Shown here piece after piece: positions 1-10,720 of a DNA stretch of 32,000 nucleotides (its first letter is position 1; every line of letters starts with the position of its first letter). The stretch is from contig BAAFSQ010000086.1 in assembly GCA_054661495.1 (NCBI GenBank), positions 4,808 to 36,807 on the forward strand, given 5' to 3'. Under the pieces are notes generated by a model. That model ran no database searches. It was not told where the DNA came from and saw nothing but the letters and a program-made list of their open reading frames with translations. The translations under genes were made by a program, and so were the position numbers. The stretch comes from Zygophlyctis sp. KS116. Its lineage: Eukaryota; Fungi; Chytridiomycota.

Positions 1-1203
1 AACCAGACACTGTAGAATTTCAAGGGTTGGCAAAGTCTTTTGCTGACAAGGAGTTGAAACCAAACATATCAAATTGGGATCAGAATGAGATATGGCCTGT
101 AGACACTTTTAAAAAAGCTGCGGAATTGGGATTTGGTGGGATTTACTGTTCAGAAGAGTTTGGTGGTTCAGGGTTAAAACGTCTGGACGCGAGCGTGATT
201 TTTGAGGCTTTGGCTACTGGATGTGTATCTACTACGGTATTTTATTATAATTTTTATTAAGGCATTCATCTCAATACATAATATGGTTGCTTTTATGATT
301 GATAAATTTGGATCGGATTTTCTTAAAAAGAAATATTTACGGGACTTGACTAGTATGAGTGCATTAGGTTCTTATTGTTTAACTGAACCAAATTCTGGAT
401 CTGATGCTGCATCGCTATCTACTTTAGCTGTAAAAAAAGGTGATGAATATATTTTAAATGGTGAAAAAGCATTTATTTCTGGTGGTGGAGTTTCAGATTT
501 TTATATTGTGATGGCAAGGACAGGTAAGAATAATTTTAAGAATTTTAGGAGGATCAGGACCTAAAGGAATCTCTGCATTTTTAGTACCAAAAGGTACAAA
601 TGGGCTTTCTTTTGGGAAAAAGGAAAAAAAGATGGGTTGGAATTCTTCTACAACTGCTGCTGTTATATTACAGGATGTTTGTATTCCAGATTCACATTTA
701 ATTGGGATGGAAGGTCAAGGATTTTCTATTGCAATGCATGGATTAAATGGAGGTCGTGTAAATATTGCATCTTGTTCTTTAGGCGGAGCAACTTCTTGTT
801 TGGATCTTGCATTAGATTATGTCAAGAATCGGTCTCAATTTTCTTCTCCTTTAGTAGAATTTCAGTCTGTACAATTTAAATTAGCCGATATATTTACAGC
901 TTTAAGTGCATCACGTTTAATGATTCGTCAAGCTGCTGTTTTATTGGATAATGATGATCCTAATGCACCAATGTATTGTGCCATGGCAAAGGTTTTTGCT
1001 ACAGATGCATGTTTTAATGTATTTTATTCCAGTTTTTATAATTATAGGCGTCTAATGATTGTTTACAATTATTTGGAGGGTATGGATACCTAAAGGATTA
1101 CAAGGTTGAACAATATACAAGAGACTTGAGAGTTCATCAGATTCTTGAAGGAACAAATCAGATTATGAGATTGATAATTGCTAAATCCTTGACCAAGAAT
1201 TAA
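1..1203 (+). CDS. ACAD8: Acyl-CoA dehydrogenase, isobutyryl-CoA dehydrogenase type (5' truncated by window); introns 237-261, 524-548, 1019-1047
   Basis: Spliced protein has [49 protein letters not shown] and [31 protein letters not shown] is typical of the ACAD8 group. Three GT-AG introns (25, 25, 29 nt) restore the frame. Confidence 0.9.
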
Positions 1204-1302
1204 GAAATCATTATTAAAATGTATCTTGTTCCTGTTTGATAATTAAGAAATCAAAATGTTGAGTTGTCCGAAATATCAAATTTCTGGGTTAGGCCGCACA
1301 TT

Positions 1303-2932
1303 ATGGAAAATAACTTGCCAGTATATCTACAAGAGCCTTTTGAAGCATCTAGCCTTACTATCCTTGAGATAATTCAGATTCTAACGCACCATGGAGTTCC
1401 TCTTCCTTCCGCCAGACAACGCAAGGCTTTCTATGTTGAACTGATCAATAAATCTCTTGAGCAGTACAAGGAGGAATGGATTGCAGAATTCCAAAAGTCA
1501 AAAAATCCTTTTCAGTCTTTTACTCAGTCTCCAGTCGTCATTTCTCCGTTAAGAAAGTCGCCTCGTAAAACACCTCAAAGGACTCCAAAATCCACTCCAT
1601 CAAGGGAAAAAAAGGAAACTCCTAAGAATGCTCCTCCAAAAGACAATGATTTATCATTTCAAACTCCAACAAAATCAAAAGTTCCTACAGTCAAGACTCC
1701 ATATGTAGTTCGGACAGCGCCAGCCGCCCCTCAGCAAAACAAATTTAGATATGGATCGATTCTCATCTTACTTTTCGCCATGGTCATTTCTTCAAAATGG
1801 TTAACCTTTTGTGATGATAAGCACAGTTTTCTATGTTTGCCCTGCCCTCGGTTTTCTAAATGTTCTGGTCGTACGATATTGAAATGTACTAGTCCGGACT
1901 GGGAATTGAAAAGAGGGTGGTGGATGACAGAATGGAATTCTAACTATATTCTTTGGCCATTTAATATTGATTATTGTCAAGACAAGACTAGGCAAATAGC
2001 AAAAGAAACTAAAAAGCTTTTAAAGTTGGGTATGGCAGTAATTTTGGTCTAACTTTACAGGGATGATGTTAAATAAAATAGTAAATACGTGGGTTGGAAA
2101 AGCAGAATGTGGGGAAATAATTCAAAATGATAAGAATTCTTGGGCTTGGTCAAAGAGTAACTCAAAAATGGCAATTTTGGGGATGCCTGTTTCAATTGCA
2201 AAGGAAATGTTAAAATCTATGGCTGGGTCTCATAAAGATGAAGAGTTTGAAGATCTCTGGATGAAGCTCTTGGATAATATTATGGGGTCTGCTAAAAAGC
2301 TTAAACTTGAGTTAGAATTAGTACTGGACGATACACATAGGCAGCATAGACTTTTTAAATCATTTTCTCCTCCTATTCATTCTTTTTCATGTCAGCTAAA
2401 AATGGGTCTCCTTGGCTTAGCTCAAAGATACTCAATGACTCTTATTGGACTCGGAAGTTTGCTAGCACTTTTGACTATATTTTATGCCAGAAAGCAGGCA
2501 TCTCTAAGAGAAGCTATGGTAATTAATCGTTTAGTGGAAGATATTTTGGATGCCATTCAACAGGAAACACATCTTCATACCAAAGACAAGACTAAGCATC
2601 CATTTCCAGGACTGTCTTTATCACAACTCAAGGATCATTTTTTACCACTATTCTCTTCAAAGCAGCGCGGACTAAAGCCTTTGGATCCTATATCTGGGTT
2701 TCCTTGTGAGAGTGATGCTAATGATCGCACTAGATGGTACTTGGATGAACTTACCCGTTCAAGAGTCTGGTCTCGCGTCTATGCAACTCTTGGATCCAAT
2801 ACACTATTAAAAGAAGCAGCCATGGATGTCTCAGGAGAAACTCAAAATATTCTAGTTTTTGTTGGAAGTCATTCTTTGGGATGGTCAACTCCAAAAGCAA
2901 AAGAATCTCCCAAAATAGTTGAAAACTTTTAA
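1303..2932 (+). CDS. SRC1: Inner nuclear membrane LEM/HeH + MSC domain protein (Src1/Heh1/Man1-like); intron 2030-2060
   Basis: N-terminal YLQEPFEASSLTILEIIQILTHHGVPLPS resembles the HeH/LEM domain. It is followed by an S/T/P/K-rich linker, a TM helix, CLPCP..C and a second TM. A 31-nt intron with a CTAAC branch point joins the two ORFs. Confidence 0.8.
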
Positions 2933-2948
2933 TATTTTACTCTTCCAC

Positions 2949-3880
2949 TCAAATTATAGTCAACATGGGCTTAAATGATGATTTGTAAGCAGTAAATCCC
3001 TTTAAACTTCTTCTCTTTTGAAGCCTCCTAAAACCTTCTTGTATATGACACGGAAGAAGAGGAGTTTGAGTAGAATGCATTCTAGTAAATATGGATGTCT
3101 GTCCTGAATCTCTCCTTATATCCAAGACTTCGGATTCATCCCATTCATTCTTCACCTTTAGTCCCTATTCATAAATTTCAAAAAAAGTACCATTTCAGTT
3201 AGAGATCGAACACATTCATACGCAAAAAACCCTAAAATGTCCATTACATCCGAACTAGATTTATTTTCATAATATCTATTTGTATTTAGAAATAAATTCT
3301 CACCTTTGCATTTCACACCAATCTCTAAACCTTTTTAGTTTTTTAAATGTGAATGAAGCCTGTCTGCATTCGGCATAGTAAATATATTCCTCCTTTGACA
3401 TGACCCTAGTAGCTGCATCAGCATTCTTGAATTTTACCAAAAAATAAAAAAAACCTTTAGTCTATCTTGATCATACAGAATCTCTGGATCTTCAAATCTC
3501 TGCGTATCATTTCTATCTGGAATAAATTCAGCAAATGGATCCCAAAAAAATGAAATGAACTTTTGTCTAGGTCTTTCAACCTCCACCTCGACCTCATCAT
3601 ACGAATTGTCCTTCAAGTTCTTTCTGATATCTTTCCACGATAAAAACTCTCGAAGTCTTGAAACTTTTTGTGCGTTATCCCGAACAATGAATATCAAGTC
3701 CTGCGGTTGAATTATTCTAGAATTTCTTTTATGAGCACAACACAACCCTCGAGTTATTATTTCCAGTATCTGTCGCTTTGTTATATCTTCTACTAGTAAA
3801 AGAGTTTCATCGGCCGGTTCTCGACTTTCGCCCATAACAAACATCATTTGTTGTATTTCAGACTGGAAATGGCTCTTCAT
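2949..3880 (-). CDS. SPT3: SAGA subunit Spt3 (TFIID-18kDa family); introns 3426-3454, 3276-3303, 3165-3190
   Basis: FQSEIQQMMFVMGE, RLREFLSWKDIRK, MSKEEYIYYAECRQASFTFKK.KRFRDW and DILGFFAYE after removing 29/28/26-nt introns. Confidence 0.92.
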
Positions 3881-4010
3881 CCTAAACTAGCCACTGACCC
3901 GAACCTCGCTCTAAGGCAAACTAAACCTAAAAAGGAAAAATATCGGACACGCAGGATCATTGTAAATCTCTCTATTTAGAGTTATTTAATCAACCTTTTA
4001 AGCTGGTTCT

Positions 4011-4058
4011 CTATTGTGGGGAACTCAAATAAAATTTCTAAATCGTAGAAAGTTAATT
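4011..4058 (-). repeat. 3' flank element D of the Cys-rich gene family
   Basis: Reverse complement AATTAACTTTCTACGATTTAGAAATTTTATTTGAGTTCCCCACAATAG matches 20869-20907 at 37/39. Its right half matches 18914-18940, and its 16-nt core TTAACTTTCTACGATT recurs at 9318-9333. Confidence 0.85.
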
Positions 4059-4064
4059 GTATTG

Positions 4065-4205
4065 TTACTTGCATTGACCTTTATTATTACCTTTATTATT
4101 ACCTTTCCTAGAAGTACTATCTTCTGGAAATTCACATTTATTAGAACTGCATTCGTCTTTTTTTGAACATTTAGCACCTTTTTTGCCCAAACACTTCTTT
4201 TCATC
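4065..4205 (-). pseudogene. 5'-truncated remnant of a Cys-rich secreted protein gene
   Basis: Minus strand reads DEKKCLGKKGAKCSKKDECSSNKCEFPEDSTSRKGNNKGNNKGQCK*. This is the same GxxCx5Cx4C module as the genes at 9726 and 20258, and it is followed by element D. There is no start or signal peptide, and homology stops at the direct repeat at 4206. Confidence 0.8.
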
Positions 4206-4303
4206 TAATCGGACGAGCAAGTCTATATTGTATTCAAGCAAGAATGCAAAGAGTTCCTATCATCTTGGTTCCTCAACTTTGGGATCTTTTATCAGCTAGA
4301 TAG
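4206..4303 (+). repeat. 98-bp perfect direct repeat, left copy
   Basis: TAATCGGACGAGCAAG...ATCAGCTAGATAG is identical to 5299-5396. Confidence 0.97.
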
Positions 4304-4361
4304 ACAAAAATGAAAATCAAAAAATGCATTTAGTTTTATCTCTAATAAACTTATTGCGGAT

Positions 4362-5059
4362 TTATGGATTTATAACCTGAGTCAGATCTGGATATTGCCC
4401 ATTGATGTTTCCACTATTTGATGAGAAATAAAAACTTACCTGGGATAATAATAGCAGACGTTTATTTTTCTATCGGCATTCTTAGCAAAAGCGCATCCAA
4501 CATCAGTGGTACCTGGCCACATCATCTGGGTAAAACGGTTTATTTGATTGAATTGGAAGACGCCAGCAGATGGCTTACTTTTCCATTCGCTAAGATACTG
4601 CTTGTATTTGTCAGCCTGGCCGTAAAACATATCGATCGAGGGGCTGCAGACTAGCTTATTTCGCCATGGATATGTTACTTGAGCAAGATTAGCTCCATAC
4701 TCATAGCTTGCATTAACGCTTAGAGGTTTTGATTTGACAATCAAATGCTCCGCCCATTTTTGAGCCGCCTGTGTCAGGGAAGCGTTCCATTTAAGCATTT
4801 TGAGTTTCTGGCCTGCTTTATTGTCACGATACAAGTTTCGATAATAGTTTTGTGTATCGATGCAATCTGTCTTCCATTCATTGTATGAACCCAGAGAAGT
4901 AAGCTCAGATGCAGGAGTGCCGGGACGGGTAAGAGTCAGAAGCTGGTTCTGCGGTGTTGTTGCAATTGATCGCTTGAGTAGCTGATTTCTAGCTACTGAG
5001 CCTAGGGAGCTTTGAAGCAAAGTAATCATAACAATCAGGAATGCGTTTGTAGTTTTCAT
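4362..5059 (-). CDS. Secreted CAP/SCP/PR-1 family protein; intron 4414-4439
   Basis: Signal peptide, LKWNASLTQAAQKWAEHL, YGANLA and FTQMMWPGTTDVGCA. After a 26-nt intron it ends VCYYYPSGNINGQYP...*. Confidence 0.9.
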
Positions 5060-5298
5060 TTTTTTTAGTAAGAATTAGCGGCCAATAATTCAGACAAATG
5101 TGTGGCTGCCGGACGACGCCGCATGTTTCATGAGCGGAATAGTTCTGGGAATGAAAATTCAGAGATCCGCTTAATCCTTACTAATGCTTTTTAGAGAGAA
5201 GAAACTTACGTATTTGTTTTTCATGTTAATATTGATATAATCGCTGAGACTGATTAGTTTGAATTTATATCATATGACGTTTTGTCCAAAATTAAAAA

Positions 5299-5396
5299 TA
5301 ATCGGACGAGCAAGTCTATATTGTATTCAAGCAAGAATGCAAAGAGTTCCTATCATCTTGGTTCCTCAACTTTGGGATCTTTTATCAGCTAGATAG
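5299..5396 (+). repeat. 98-bp perfect direct repeat, right copy
   Basis: Identical to 4206-4303; the two copies bracket the CAP gene. Confidence 0.97.
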
Positions 5397-5536
5397 GCCT
5401 ACAAATCTCGGTCGCTGATCCTTTCTCTTATCATTTTTAGAAGCTGGATGTGAGAAAACAACAGTCGAAGTATTAACCATTTAATTTTATTGTTTATGAT
5501 GATATAGGAAATAATCCATCTCTGAAGAGTACTTTC

Positions 5537-8500
5537 CTAATCACAATCAGAAACTGTTAATCTAGGAACAACATTCATTGCCATCAGTTCCTGAAATAGC
5601 AGTTTACATGCATATGGGATTTTAACTGTTGATACATTTGCACGCGACTTACAGTATGGGCAGTACTTATGCCATCCTCCAATAAGTCCACATTGAGAGC
5701 AAACATCCAAATTATATTCATCTGAAGAAAATAATAATCGCTCAATCAAAAGTGATGATGCACCATGAGAAATCATGCAATCCCTTTCCATTTCTCCAAT
5801 TCTAAGCCCTCCATCACGACTACGGCCTTCAGTGGGTTGACGAGTTAAAACAGCTCTTGGTCCTCTTGATCTTGCATGCATTTTATCCATAACCATATGT
5901 TTGAGTTTCTGATAATATATTGGGCCAAAAAAAATATAAGCTTCAAGAGGCTCTCCTGTAATCCCAGATGTTACATAATCCTTCATATTAACATTTTTTT
6001 AAATACCTTTCCAGAGTAAGAATAACCATGATCAATTAATATTCTAGACATATCTTCGACTTTACTACCTCCAAAAGCCTATTGATAAATAATTTTAAGT
6101 ATACAGTTCCATATTGAAAATTTCCCGTTAAAACTCCTGCTTTTCCTGCTAAAAGTTCGATCATTTTTCCAACTGTCATTCGAGATGGGAATCCATGAGG
6201 ATTCATAATAACATCTGGAATAACACCAGAATCAGCAAATGGCATATCTTCCTGGCTGACGATTATTCCACATACACCTTTTTGACCATGGCGAGAAGAA
6301 AACTTGTCGCCTAATTCTGGTCTTCTGGTTTGACGAACCATACACTTTACCATTGTTTGATCTTCTTCATTTGTCGTTATGATCACCCTGTCCACTACTG
6401 ATGTGCCTGGGTATTTATACGTTAGAGGGGTTGGCTTAAATGTTGCACTTGCTGTATCTGCAACTGAAGAATCTGTGACCCTTATCGATGTTTCCTGTGG
6501 TGACTGCTTATTGACCAGGACCGACCCGCTAAATATTTTTTCACCCACCCCAACAATTCCATCCGATCCAAGAGCTTCATGCTTACTTATTTTCTGATTA
6601 GTGTTTGGGTCTATACTGGCATCTACTAGACGGTCAAATGTCTGATTTGGATACGACTTAATCATTGTAGAAAATTTGCGCATAACCTGACAGCGTCCAA
6701 ATCCTCGGTCGAGAGCGGCTTTATTAAGTACGAGAGCATCTTCAATATCATAGCCCGAATAACTCATAACCGCAACCGTTGCAGTTTGTCCAGCCGGGAC
6801 TTTATCATAATGAATCAGCTCTATAGTTCGTGATCTAACCATTGGGTTCTGAGAATATACCATCAAGTATAACAGAGTATCAGCCCTGCAAAGTTGATTG
6901 TATGCTATGATTCCAATTGCTTGTTTTCCCATAGCACATTGGTAGGTATTTCTGGGAGATTGATTGTGGTGGGGATAAGGAATTAGACCAGCTACTGCCC
7001 CAAGAACTGTAAAAGGGGCAATCTCTAAATGACTAGTATTTGGATAATCCTCCTCTAATTTAGAGTAATGGATATCTGATTCATATAAAGCTAAATCAGC
7101 ATCTGTTTCCTCATTTGTGTCTAAATATTCAATTTTGCCTTGATTTACAAGGTCTTCAAAGCGAAGCCGTCCATGGATGATATCTCTCAAGTCTTGCTCC
7201 TTTACAAGACTTTCTCCTTTCTCCACTATAATCATCGGTCGACAAATTCGCCCGCCATCACAAGAAATATGTATCGTTCTCTGACTAATCGTACGATATA
7301 TGGAGACTAGAGGTCCCACTCTACCACATCTTCTCAATTTCCGAAATTTTCGAACGAACTCTACTGGTTTCCGATGTACTCCTAGCAAAACACCATTTAA
7401 TAACACGAGATAGGTAGAATCAGTAGAATATAAATCTGCACCAACTACAACATTTATCTCCTCTACTCCTAAAGCAAAGACGAGTTTTCGAACTGGTTCA
7501 TCTTCTGAATCGGTAGTTATATGCGTCATAAGCGCTAAATTTTTAATAAGACCACAAGCTTCTCCTTCCGGAGTGTCTGATGGACACAACATCCCCCACT
7601 GTGATGTTTGCAAACTTCTAGGACCAGATACTTTTCTTGTTTTTTCAAATTGAGAGGAAATTCTGGTTAGCATCCCTAACGCAGAAACATAGCTTAAACG
7701 AGATAAAACTTGTGTGACACCAGCTCTCTCCATTCTAAATCTCTTTACATTCCAATTTCCAGATGATATAGCTCTGAATAATCCATCTGTGATGAAGCGA
7801 GAAGTCTGAGAAACAGCAGCAGCAGCATCGTATTGTGAAGTTCGGTTTGTACGTTTTAATTGAGCATCAACTGCTCTCTTAATAGAAGAAGCCCAAGATT
7901 TAAACAAATCTTCAAACAATAAGGAAAGCAATTGTCCAGCACTAATAATTTGAAAAAATAAAAATTACAGTTCGAGACGTTTGTTTCCAACAAAATCTCT
8001 ATCATCAACTATTCCACCATCTCTTGTAGCTTGTAAAATTCTCCTTACCATTAAAGCAGCATAAACTACTTTAGGACGATAATTGGGCTGTCCTAAATGA
8101 GTTTGAATAGGGATGTGAGCCAATATGGTGGTTGTTAAAAGTTCCTTTGCTTCTTCAGGAAGATTTCTTTTCGTTCCCCATTTTATCGGTCCAGTTGCAG
8201 ACATCTTCACCTTTGATCCAATCCAATCCATTGCTTGCTTCTGAGTTATAATTTCATTCTCTGTAGCATCAACAATAGAGGGCAAGAAAAGTTCCATAAA
8301 TTCTTTATCTTTTCCACAAACCATTTCCATGATTTCTTGATCAGTTTCTATCCCCATTGCTTTGAAAAAAATAACAATAGGAATATCTGAAGAAAATGAA
8401 TTATGTTTTAAATGAACTTTTTGCTGTTTCCCTAGAGTAATTGTAGTTTTTGATTTTTTTTCGTGAGTTGAAGAAGTTACATTGGCTCCAATACATCCTA

Positions 8501-9139
8501 GACGATCAGTTTCAACAATAATTCTATTCTTTGAAAGTTGTTCTTGAATCAAAATAACTTTTTCAGTTCCTCTTATAATAAAATATCCACCTGGATCTAA
8601 TGGACACTCTCCCATATCAACAATATCTTTTGCAGACTTATCCTTGAGTACGCATTTTGAAGATCTTAACATGATTGGCATCCTCCCAATTTCAATATTT
8701 CTCTTAATCACAACTTGTTTTCCTCTTACATACTCAATGTCTACAATGATTGTTCCTCCATATGTTATATCTCTAAGCCTACATTCTTGGGGCGTGAGTT
8801 CGTACGAAATTCCCTTCTGGACATCTTGAGCTTGTGGGCTCTTGACCCTAATATCCAGAAACTTTAGATAGAAATGAGGATCAACATCCGAATCAACTTT
8901 AGAATTTGCCATTAGAATCTTTTTTATATCGGTTTCAATAAAATAATTAAAAGAGTCCAAATGCTGCTTTACCAGCCCCTTGGTTTGCAAAAAAGCAGGA
9001 ACAAGTCTCCATTTATCCTGCATTGATTAAAAAGATTATTTACCTCTGCAGTATTGATCGGATCTGTAATGCTTTTCCCTAGATATCGCAGGTTGTCCGA
9101 TCCAGCAACATCAGCTTCAAAAATTGATGCTCCGCTCAT
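5537..9139 (-). CDS. RPC2: RNA polymerase III second-largest subunit (Rpc2/Ret1/POLR3B); introns 9018-9043, 7942-7968, 6079-6104, 5981-6006
   Basis: [85 protein letters not shown] and a C-terminal zinc ribbon. Four 26-27-nt introns. Confidence 0.96.
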
Positions 9140-9446
9140 TTTTCCTTTAAGCCACAGTCCTCTGCATAACCATCAGTGCCTCAAACGTACGAGGTGTTCA
9201 TACTCTAGGTTTTAGACTTTTCACTACGAATGGCTCTGAACCCTCTTACCGTTTACTCTAAAAATTTGAATGAGCCGTTGTAGACCTAAGCAGACTTTGA
9301 CATGGAAGATCTGGAACTTAACTTTCTACGATTATTAATGGTTGTCCATAACGGAGTTGAGTATCAAGGAGATTTGGAAACTTGGAAATTCAGAGAGGTT
9401 GTAGATTTTCAGATTTCTTAAAACTCAATCTGTCCGATATTTTAAT

Positions 9447-9596
9447 GATTATCTCAATACAAGAATGAACTAGATGGCAATGATAACAATCTTGAAAAAC
9501 TAATTCATTTATTTACTCTTTAAAATATTATCTAGATCTCTACTACAACAGTCCATCTCTCCTTTTACTAATTAAATTGACCCATGTCATCCATAG
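9447..9596 (+). repeat. 5' flank element A of the Cys-rich unit (copy 1)
   Basis: 9447-9547 aligns with 18687-18789, including exact AAAAACTAATTCATTTATTTACTCTTTAAAATATTAT. ACCCATGTCATCCATAG at 9580-9596 equals 18792-18808. Confidence 0.88.
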
Positions 9597-9630
9597 GTGG
9601 GACAGCCGGTGGGACAGCATTTTTGCTCAC

Positions 9631-9687
9631 GTCATCCGGCGGGACAGGAACGGATATAAAAGGAGCTGATTTTGGGTGGGACATCTT
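9631..9687 (+). promoter_or_regulatory. Shared 57-bp promoter module B (GTCATCCGG / GGGACA / TATAAAAGG)
   Basis: 55/57 identical to 20193-20249. It contains TATAAAA and lies directly upstream of a Cys-rich ORF in both places. GGGACA occurs 4 times in 9599-9683. Confidence 0.8.
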
Positions 9688-9725
9688 GTAAAAAAACTAA
9701 AATCTCATTCTTCTAAATCTCGAAA

Positions 9726-10124
9726 ATGAAACTTACTATTTTGACTGTTGGAATTATTGCATTGTTTAATGTAGTTAGTTGTGGTCCGGGATTGGGATTG
9801 GGTTATCCTTGCAAAAAAAATAGCAATCTTATATATAGCTGTAAGAAAGAACTCGAGTGTGTTGATGGCAAATGCAAGGCTAAACTTGGCGAAAAATGTG
9901 AGAAGAATGATGACTGTGTTTCCAAAAACTGTAATCTAGACACAAAAAAGTGTTATCTCCCAAAAGCCAATTCTGTTGGATTGGACGGATATTGTAATAT
10001 GGAATCAGAGTGCAAAACTGACTTCACATGTAAGTCTAACAAATGCAAGAAAATAAAAGGCAAAACATGTGGGAACAATAATGAATGTTCATCCGCGTAT
10101 TGTAAAGCAGGTCGTTGTCTTTAA
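9726..10124 (+). CDS. Small secreted Cys-rich protein, 4 x four-Cys modules, intronless
   Basis: Signal peptide MKLTILTVGIIALFNVVSC, then 16 further Cys in repeats such as GEKCEKNDDCVSKNC and GKTCGNNNECSSAYC. Lys-rich. Confidence 0.88.
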   Translation: MKLTILTVGIIALFNVVSCGPGLGLGYPCKKNSNLIYSCKKELECVDGKCKAKLGEKCEKNDDCVSKNCNLDTKKCYLPKANSVGLDGYCNMESECKTDFTCKSNKCKKIKGKTCGNNNECSSAYCKAGRCL

Positions 10125-10162
10125 ACACATTACTAAAAAAGATTTTCTTTTATTTATTATTT

Positions 10163-10194
10163 ATTGAGCTTCATTTAGTCTCTGGAATTTTTAT
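10163..10194 (+). repeat. 3' flank element C of the Cys-rich unit
   Basis: ATTGAGCTTCATTTAGTCTCTGGAATTTTTAT is identical (32/32) to 18891-18922. Confidence 0.92.
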
Positions 10195-10335
10195 AAAGGA
10201 CTGCCAAACATGTTTAATCAATAAAGTACATGTTGACCAGTGTAATGTTGCATGATTCTAAATATTTATTGTGACTGCTTTATAAAGATTTGGGCTGATC
10301 ATGAAACAGGACCATCTACATCTAATGTTTGAGCC

Positions 10336-10362
10336 TCTGTCCCTCAGAGTCTGAGGGACAGA
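10336..10362. repeat. 27-bp palindrome (13-bp perfect arms, 1-nt spacer)
   Basis: TCTGTCCCTCAGA-G-TCTGAGGGACAGA. Confidence 0.9.
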
Positions 10363-10720
10363 TCAGTTCAGATGAACGTGTTTGATAGCCTAGGTAGAAC
10401 TAAACAAGTAGCTTTGGGAATTCTCATAAATGGAAGTCCTAGGAAATCAATTAATAATTGTTTTTAGTAGTATGATAAATAATAATAAATTTTACTTGAA
10501 GTGTTTCATCTCGTACAAATCTAATCTTACTTTAGGAATAAATAGCCGCCCAAAGATAATACTAAATAAACATTTTCTTCTTTTATTCTACATTTTGGAC
10601 AATCTGTTCACATTAATACATGCTGAGACTTATGAGACTAATCAGTTAAATGTTTTTGAAACAAGATTTATTTTACAACCAACTTTAAAAGCTGCACAAA
10701 TAATCAGTCATTGATCAGGC

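Noticed and set aside
4077-4106. 12-bp tandem repeat ACCTTTATTATT as a regulatory repeat
   Set aside because: It is explained as the KGNN-KGNN coding repeat of the Cys-rich remnant on the minus strand.
4206-5396. LTR retrotransposon or TRIM interpretation of the 98-bp direct repeats
   Set aside because: No TG...CA termini, no evident PBS/PPT or flanking TSD, no gag/pol, and the cargo retains an intron.
10430-10714. 94-aa plus-strand ORF
   Set aside because: Very AT-rich, no recognisable motif, and lies in the 3' region of paralog A; probably spurious.
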